A stretch of DNA of 64,000 bases from positions 87,480 to 151,479 of the IMG/VR virus record IMGVR_UViG_3300002038_000006. One strand, 5' to 3'. Origin of the DNA: a virus. Position numbers and translations under genes: made by a program. Below the pieces are notes generated by a model. That model was given only the letters and a program-made list of their open reading frames with translations. It searched no databases and was not told the origin of the DNA. Positions 58,136 through 64,000 of the stretch are shown in pieces (within the stretch, counting starts at the first letter, position 1; the number at the start of each line of letters is the position of its first letter).

Positions 58136-60661
58136 CTATTCCCCACCTGTGTTAATTATTAAATGTCCAGTCATGTCGACTCGACTATTAAGATACAGTA
58201 TCGAGATTCTATCCATGAATGAATAAATCTTTTGTGATACTTCAATTACATTACTTTCCGCATGTGGTCTAACAGAAGCTAGTCCGGCGTCAACTGCACC
58301 GTTCACACCAGTATATGCTGGGTCACTAGGTAAAAGCTCTTCATGGTGTTTAACCATAGCTTTAATAGTAGCATCAACTATTCTGGTTTCAGGTATCACT
58401 ATTAACCCATTGATAAGGTCGTCTAGGATACGTGCTGCAAAGATACTATACAGTTGGTGTCTGTGTGTAATTGGAGATACGTTAGGAAACGGTGGTATTA
58501 CAGCATGTAGCGACATGTAGTCACTTACTATCTGGTCTTTCTGCATCGCATCTGAGCGAAGAGATTTTTCAATACTAGCAGAGATACCAATAGCTTTAAG
58601 ACTAGGTCTCACTATGGTAACCGAGTAAGGAGCACCATTTCTCAACCCGCCATCTACGGCTCTTGAGTCTTCATGATGTTCTACCTCAGAACGCTGTATG
58701 TACATACCATCCACAACTGGACGATATAGAATACCACTGTGTAAGTTGTAAGTATCATCCACAGAAATCATTCCATGGTCAATCCAACCTACATAGTCGG
58801 GTTTACCCCAACCAACAGAACCTGTCTCATCATCTTCAGGGAAACCATATGCAATCACTTGCACTTTGTTGTTACCTTCAAGATTCAAGTAGGCTTTCCC
58901 ACAAATCCAAACACTTTGACGGCGTACAACATAGTCGATGTCTTGAGTAAGCTCTTTGCCATTCAATCTAACGATAATGTGTCTGAACGGTAATTCAACC
59001 GTACCAGTGTCATCCAACAAACTAATCTCTGCCACACCTTGACGTAAAGGTACATCGAAATCACGACACCATGCCCAATCAGAGTAACGGACTACCCATT
59101 CATGGTTAGGGCTAGTATAGTTATGTTTTAAATAACCATCGCCTTGGTCTGTGAACGTAATACTGTTAGTAATGTCATGCCAGTCCTGAGCACCTTTCAG
59201 GCGGTGATACAATCTATATTCTCGATGTCCACTTGGTACAACTTCAGTATTATAATAGTCAGGACAATTCTTTAAGAACTCTTCTTCGAAGAATTCAACT
59301 AACTCAGTCCCAGTATCGGTATAACTAAGACCATCTTCACGACCCTCCTTGATAGACTGCATGTAACCATCTGCATCGTACTCAATCATCGTTCCACTAC
59401 GATACGCATCAGGAATACCAACACGACGAATACCACTAGAATCATCTGGTAGTATTTGGTTGTCTGCTGAATAGTAGGCTGCTGCATTATAACCGTAGCA
59501 ACGATAAAGGTCGATGGTAGTACTAGCATCAATCTTAGGTAAACGCATCACTGTAGGGTAACCAGCTCGTTCTAGAGCATCTAACGTCCACAGGTCACAT
59601 GTGTTCGAACGTCCAGTAATGACTAATCGTCTTTGTTCTTCAGGAAGCTTGTTAAGTTCATGTAAACGAGAACTCTCGAATACTAAACCACGCTGCCATC
59701 CAGACTTTCTAACAATCAATCGAATGTATGCTGTACCCGCCATCAATTCCTGTCTCAAGTATTCAACTTGGTCAACATTAACTGAATATGTAGCAGAGGC
59801 TAACATTCTTACATTACTTGGCTGGTTACGGTGAAGTAAAGAACCTTGAAGAACTTTACCATCGTCATCCTTAATACAGATACGGATTTCAATGTCGTCG
59901 TGGTACTTAATAGTACTACCTACACCTAAGTCAACTATATACTTACGGGCTTCGTCTAGAGAAGAATAGTTGTAATGTAAATCATCTAAAGCGATGTCCA
60001 CTACTTCGTCCATAGACTCATCTACACGTACTTCAATTGAATCACCGACTAAGATGTCAGCTGGCGGTAAATCTTCCACTAGAAGTCCATTGTGGAACAT
60101 CTGTGGGTTCTTGCCCAGTATGTTGGCTGTGTACCATTTATTATACAATACCAAAACTTCAGGTTCATTGGTGTTAGTACGTCTAATACTCTCAATCCAA
60201 TAATCCATTTCAACACTAGAGCGACTAGAGCCCCAGAATGCATTAGTATAATGATGGAACCAGATATCTTCCGATAACATATCGATGGTTGTATTTTCAC
60301 GGATAGCTAGAACAATCATCTTGTTCGGTAACTGTCTAATGAAACACTCAACCAACGGTAACATTATACCTTTGCCGTTGTAGATATTAATAGTACATTT
60401 ACTTGCGGTACACAAACCGTCTAGCGGTATCCATTCATCCTGTACGCCGTTAAGCCCGAAGATGGTTGGAGGATAGTGCCCGATTTGGTAAACGATGTAG
60501 TTCTCACGTGTTGGAGTTTCTAATTCGTCCCACCCAAGTTTGATACGTTCATATACCCCACGAACCTTACCGTATCTGACAGGCTTAATAATAGCCTGCC
60601 TATCCTGTTCGGGAGTACACCATATATTAGCTATGGCGTGCTGTTGTAAAAAGTCGGACAC
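58136..60661 (-). CDS. virion structural protein (phiKZ gp27-like)
   Basis: 841 aa; NIWC.P.QD and YGYNA motifs; synteny. Confidence 0.7.
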   Translation of the reverse strand: MSDFLQQHAIANIWCTPEQDRQAIIKPVRYGKVRGVYERIKLGWDELETPTRENYIVYQIGHYPPTIFGLNGVQDEWIPLDGLCTASKCTINIYNGKGIMLPLVECFIRQLPNKMIVLAIRENTTIDMLSEDIWFHHYTNAFWGSSRSSVEMDYWIESIRRTNTNEPEVLVLYNKWYTANILGKNPQMFHNGLLVEDLPPADILVGDSIEVRVDESMDEVVDIALDDLHYNYSSLDEARKYIVDLGVGSTIKYHDDIEIRICIKDDDGKVLQGSLLHRNQPSNVRMLASATYSVNVDQVEYLRQELMAGTAYIRLIVRKSGWQRGLVFESSRLHELNKLPEEQRRLVITGRSNTCDLWTLDALERAGYPTVMRLPKIDASTTIDLYRCYGYNAAAYYSADNQILPDDSSGIRRVGIPDAYRSGTMIEYDADGYMQSIKEGREDGLSYTDTGTELVEFFEEEFLKNCPDYYNTEVVPSGHREYRLYHRLKGAQDWHDITNSITFTDQGDGYLKHNYTSPNHEWVVRYSDWAWCRDFDVPLRQGVAEISLLDDTGTVELPFRHIIVRLNGKELTQDIDYVVRRQSVWICGKAYLNLEGNNKVQVIAYGFPEDDETGSVGWGKPDYVGWIDHGMISVDDTYNLHSGILYRPVVDGMYIQRSEVEHHEDSRAVDGGLRNGAPYSVTIVRPSLKAIGISASIEKSLRSDAMQKDQIVSDYMSLHAVIPPFPNVSPITHRHQLYSIFAARILDDLINGLIVIPETRIVDATIKAMVKHHEELLPSDPAYTGVNGAVDAGLASVRPHAESNVIEVSQKIYSFMDRISILYLNSRVDMTGHLIINTGGE

Positions 60662-60676
60662 GACCTTCCTCCTTTA

Positions 60677-61564
60677 TTATCGGAAAAGACTGAGGATAGC
60701 GCGTTGGAAATCTGAAGCACTGTCACCTTTAGAGACACGCTGTAATAACTTACCAACACGAGAGTTGCGTAACATACGGTCACCAACTGCATGGTAAACA
60801 CATGCTATCCAAGTCACAGGCATTTCAATTGCCGTACCCATTACTTCGTTACCGTGATGAGTAAACCAACCGTTAGCAAGGATGTTGAATAATAGTCCCG
60901 GTTCCATTTTACCTAAACGAGGATTGTCAAGCCCACTACGCATGAACATAGTTAACTCTTCCACGCTATGGAAAGATAGAGGTTCAGGGAACCATTCAAT
61001 AACACGTTGAGCAGGTACACGAGTTACACGTGAAACCATTGCAACACTTCTTTGCCAAGCTCTGTCATTCATTTCAGGTTCAGCACAACCAAGGTAGAAG
61101 ATACCAGCAAGCACAGCTAACTTAGCCTGAGTCTCTGGGTCTAAACCTAAACGTTGAGTGATGCCTTCAGAGAACCACTTAGTGTAAAGTTCTAACGGTA
61201 AGTCAGAAATACTAATAAGGTTATCACGGAAGTCCGCGTCTCTGTTCCAATGTAATTCAAGACCAGCACGAAGAACTCGGAAGTTGTATTCCCCTTTGTC
61301 CTTTATACGGTATTCGCCACCAGCACTAACTGTTCCGATTAGAGAACGTGCATCAATATAAACTTCATCTTCTGAAATGATAGAGTGAGCGAATACTGGT
61401 ACGTCGCTCTTCTTATCAATGAGGGTTCTAACAAAATTAAAACCTTTGTAATCTGCATTGTGTACTTGTCCGTTGACTTTCGCAATGCGTAATTCCTTGA
61501 CTATTTTGTCGATGGAATATGAACGAAGCGCCAGTGCTTCGTAAGGGTTACTATAGGGATACAT
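60677..61564 (-). CDS. virion structural protein (phiKZ gp28-like)
   Basis: 295 aa, divergent from the sheath; synteny. Confidence 0.65.
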   Translation of the reverse strand: MYPYSNPYEALALRSYSIDKIVKELRIAKVNGQVHNADYKGFNFVRTLIDKKSDVPVFAHSIISEDEVYIDARSLIGTVSAGGEYRIKDKGEYNFRVLRAGLELHWNRDADFRDNLISISDLPLELYTKWFSEGITQRLGLDPETQAKLAVLAGIFYLGCAEPEMNDRAWQRSVAMVSRVTRVPAQRVIEWFPEPLSFHSVEELTMFMRSGLDNPRLGKMEPGLLFNILANGWFTHHGNEVMGTAIEMPVTWIACVYHAVGDRMLRNSRVGKLLQRVSKGDSASDFQRAILSLFR

Positions 61565-61727
61565 ATCTCTCTTCGCTCCTATTTAATATAGTAGAGTCAT
61601 AAGAATGTTACCAATTTATTTTTTAACTCTAATAAAAGGTACTATACTTATGACGGTCTATGGCAGCTAGCGGCGATAGGTCAGATTTACATTTCTAATT
61701 TTTTTGCAAAAAAATGGAGTTCCAATA

Positions 61728-63797
61728 ATGAATGTATTAAGTGGCGCGCCCACCGTACAGTTAGCAGGTATTCAAGACCTGTCTATCCGTATACCTTTAC
61801 CTGAGGGTGAAGCTTTACCAATGCATTTGCCGTTCTGTGTCCTGAACACGCAACGTGGTCCTGTGACTACGCAGCTTGTGGCTGGCTCAGATGCAACGCG
61901 CATGTATGGTGCAAATTCGTTTGACGAAACCAAAGAATATACTAACCACGCTACAATGATGTTTAATACCATCAACGCTCGTGGTAATGTTCAAATGGTT
62001 CGTCGTTTTATTTCAGACAGTCATGAGAAAGCGCGTGTTCGTTTATCTCTTGAAATCAGTGAAGGTGATGTTCCAGTTTGGGAACGTGACGCTACTGGTG
62101 CTTTACTATTTGGTGCCGATGGTCAACCTATCCAAGTCGATGGCGAAGTTGGTCCTGAAACAACAAATGGTTACAATGCCCGTTGGGTAGTTACCTCTAT
62201 CGACGATGTTCCTGAAGTTGGCCACAACTTTGGTTCTGCCCCGAAGACAGTTGGTTCATTTGGTGGTACTTCAACAATCTATCCTTGGATGGACTTCGAA
62301 GTTTCTGGCCATGGTGCCTACGGTAACAATGTTGCATTCGCTCTTAGTTGTCCTACAACTGAATCGTCTGCTCCTGTAAAAGAAGACGTTGTCGATGAAA
62401 ACATGGCAATGATGTATCGTTTACAGTTCGTTGAGCGTCCAGACGTACAATCTAGCCCTAACATCACTCAAACGTTGTCAGGTGGTCAGTACACTGAGTT
62501 CTCATTTAAGAAAGGTGCTGTTGATAAGTCAACTGACCGTAACCTACACATCGATAAAGTATTGCCTAAAGCATACCGCGATGTTGATAGTAAAGGTTTC
62601 GCTCCTATCTTTGGTCCAATGGATAACTACCACGTCTATGAAGCTTTCATGACTGAAGCGTTAGGTCTATTGGCTGCTAAAGAAAACGGTAACCCAGAGT
62701 TCTTAGGTACACCTATTGAACCTCACATGTTCAACCCTGTTGGCGGTGAAGACGTTACTGGTATTCGTTACCACACGTTCAACCTACAAGGACCAGAAGC
62801 TGGCGGTTCTTTACTAGGTGAAGGTATTTACCACTACGCCCAAGGCGGTAGTGATGGTGACCAATCTCCTGAAGCTTTCGATGCGTTCGTTAAGAACCTA
62901 TTCGATACTTTCGAGTTTAACGATGTTGATGAGTTCATGGACTCTGCCGAATTCCCATTCAGTGTGTTCTACGATTCTGGTTTCTCTATCGAAACTAAGA
63001 AATCAATGTTGGCACCAATTGGTCTTCGTAAAGATGTGTACACTGTACTATCTACACAAGACGCAAACCAACCACAAAACACTGCGGACGAAGAGCTTTC
63101 AATAGCTATCTCTTTACGTGCTCGTGCTCGTCTATATCCTGAATCAACTCACTACGGTACTTCTACATGTCGTGCTATCATCGTGGGTCACTCAGGTAAG
63201 TTGCTTAATAGTAACTACGATGGTTTATTACCATTAACTATTGACTTCGCAAACAAGTGTGCTGGTTACATGGGTGCATCTCATGGTTCAATGAAAGAAG
63301 CTGAGTCTATTGACACTTCTCCGTTGAACAACGTGACAATGTTCCGTGATATCAACTGTGTTTACAAGAACCCTCGTGTTCGCCAAAAAGACTGGGCTGC
63401 TGGCTTAGTTTGGGTACAACGTAAAGACAGACACGACTTCTTCTACCCTGCTTATCAAACTGTGTACGATAACGATACTTCTGTATTGAACTCTGCGGTT
63501 AACATGATGATTGCAGTGGAACTTGAAAAGGTTTGTGAACGTACTTGGCGTAACCTTACTGGTGATGCTAAGTTATCGGATGCTCAGTTCTTTGAAAAGT
63601 CTAACAAGATGATTGAAGATTACACAGCAGGTCGTTTCGACGGTCGTGTAACAATCATTGCTGAGACCTACAAAACTGAAGCGGACGCTTTACGCGGCTA
63701 TAGCTGGTCTTGTAAGTTACACATGTATGCTAACAACATGCGTACTGTTGGTACTTACACTGTTACCGCTAACCGTGCATCAGACTTAAACGCTTAA
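61728..63797 (+). CDS. tail sheath protein (phiKZ gp29-like)
   Basis: ~690 aa; GIQDLS, YDSGF, YPES..YGT and FFYPA.QTVY..DTSVLNS motifs; GGAG RBS before ATG 61728. Confidence 0.9.
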   Translation: MNVLSGAPTVQLAGIQDLSIRIPLPEGEALPMHLPFCVLNTQRGPVTTQLVAGSDATRMYGANSFDETKEYTNHATMMFNTINARGNVQMVRRFISDSHEKARVRLSLEISEGDVPVWERDATGALLFGADGQPIQVDGEVGPETTNGYNARWVVTSIDDVPEVGHNFGSAPKTVGSFGGTSTIYPWMDFEVSGHGAYGNNVAFALSCPTTESSAPVKEDVVDENMAMMYRLQFVERPDVQSSPNITQTLSGGQYTEFSFKKGAVDKSTDRNLHIDKVLPKAYRDVDSKGFAPIFGPMDNYHVYEAFMTEALGLLAAKENGNPEFLGTPIEPHMFNPVGGEDVTGIRYHTFNLQGPEAGGSLLGEGIYHYAQGGSDGDQSPEAFDAFVKNLFDTFEFNDVDEFMDSAEFPFSVFYDSGFSIETKKSMLAPIGLRKDVYTVLSTQDANQPQNTADEELSIAISLRARARLYPESTHYGTSTCRAIIVGHSGKLLNSNYDGLLPLTIDFANKCAGYMGASHGSMKEAESIDTSPLNNVTMFRDINCVYKNPRVRQKDWAAGLVWVQRKDRHDFFYPAYQTVYDNDTSVLNSAVNMMIAVELEKVCERTWRNLTGDAKLSDAQFFEKSNKMIEDYTAGRFDGRVTIIAETYKTEADALRGYSWSCKLHMYANNMRTVGTYTVTANRASDLNA

Positions 63798-63812
63798 GGG
63801 GAGTAAAACTAG

Positions 63813-64000
63813 ATGGCTCGTTTATCTAATAAAACGTTAGTGCAAAAGCCTAACGATAAAAATGCTCTCTTCGGTGAGCAAAGTGGTGCGACTACTGATT
63901 TACGTTACAGTGGTCAAAATGGTTTCGACACCAACCCTAAGTCTTTGGTTAGTAATGCTAACTACGTTAAGCGTAATGTTATTGCAGTTCTATTGGAATC
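63813..64000 (+). CDS. tail tube protein (phiKZ gp30-like), partial
   Basis: GGAG RBS; MARLSNKTLV...DLRYSGQNGF...NANYVKRNVIAVLLE directly after the sheath. Confidence 0.8.
   Translation, partial: MARLSNKTLVQKPNDKNALFGEQSGATTDLRYSGQNGFDTNPKSLVSNANYVKRNVIAVLLE

Noticed and set aside
1-64000. CRISPR array, tRNA or rRNA genes, transposases or integrases
   Set aside because: No regularly spaced identical repeats, cloverleafs or recombinase motifs seen by eye; a tRNAscan/CRISPR scan would be needed to exclude them fully.

Overview
This 64-kb window (roughly 40% GC by eye) comes from a phiKZ-like, nucleus-forming jumbo phage (Chimalliviridae-type), probably infecting a Gram-negative host. Core genes: non-virion RNA polymerase beta' subunit (NADFDGD), chimallin/ChmA nuclear shell, family-B DNA polymerase, PhuZ tubulin, terminase large subunit, a block of three virion genes, tail sheath and the start of the tail tube. 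Accessory genes: thyA, DHFR, dCMP deaminase, a macrodomain, a RadC/JAB protein, a holin-like gene with a signal-peptide lytic transglycosylase, a secreted nuclease, a lipoprotein, a tail-fibre cassette and homing-endonuclease remnants. I saw no tRNA, rRNA or CRISPR array. Four signals stand out. (1) A ~470-nt multi-helix non-coding RNA lies directly downstream of phuZ. (2) Several promoter-to-terminator units look like small RNAs, and two of them carry a pyrimidine tract complementary to the conserved AAUAAAAGGA leader found on at least 9 phage genes. (3) The phage encodes a Kdo glycosylation kit: KdsD/KpsF, KdsB/KpsU, a KpsS/KpsC-like transferase and a GT8. (4) There are catalytically degenerate paralogs of the terminase ATPase, a helicase/RecA-like ATPase and the prohead protease. 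All calls rest on motif recognition and synteny by eye; no searches or folding programs were run.
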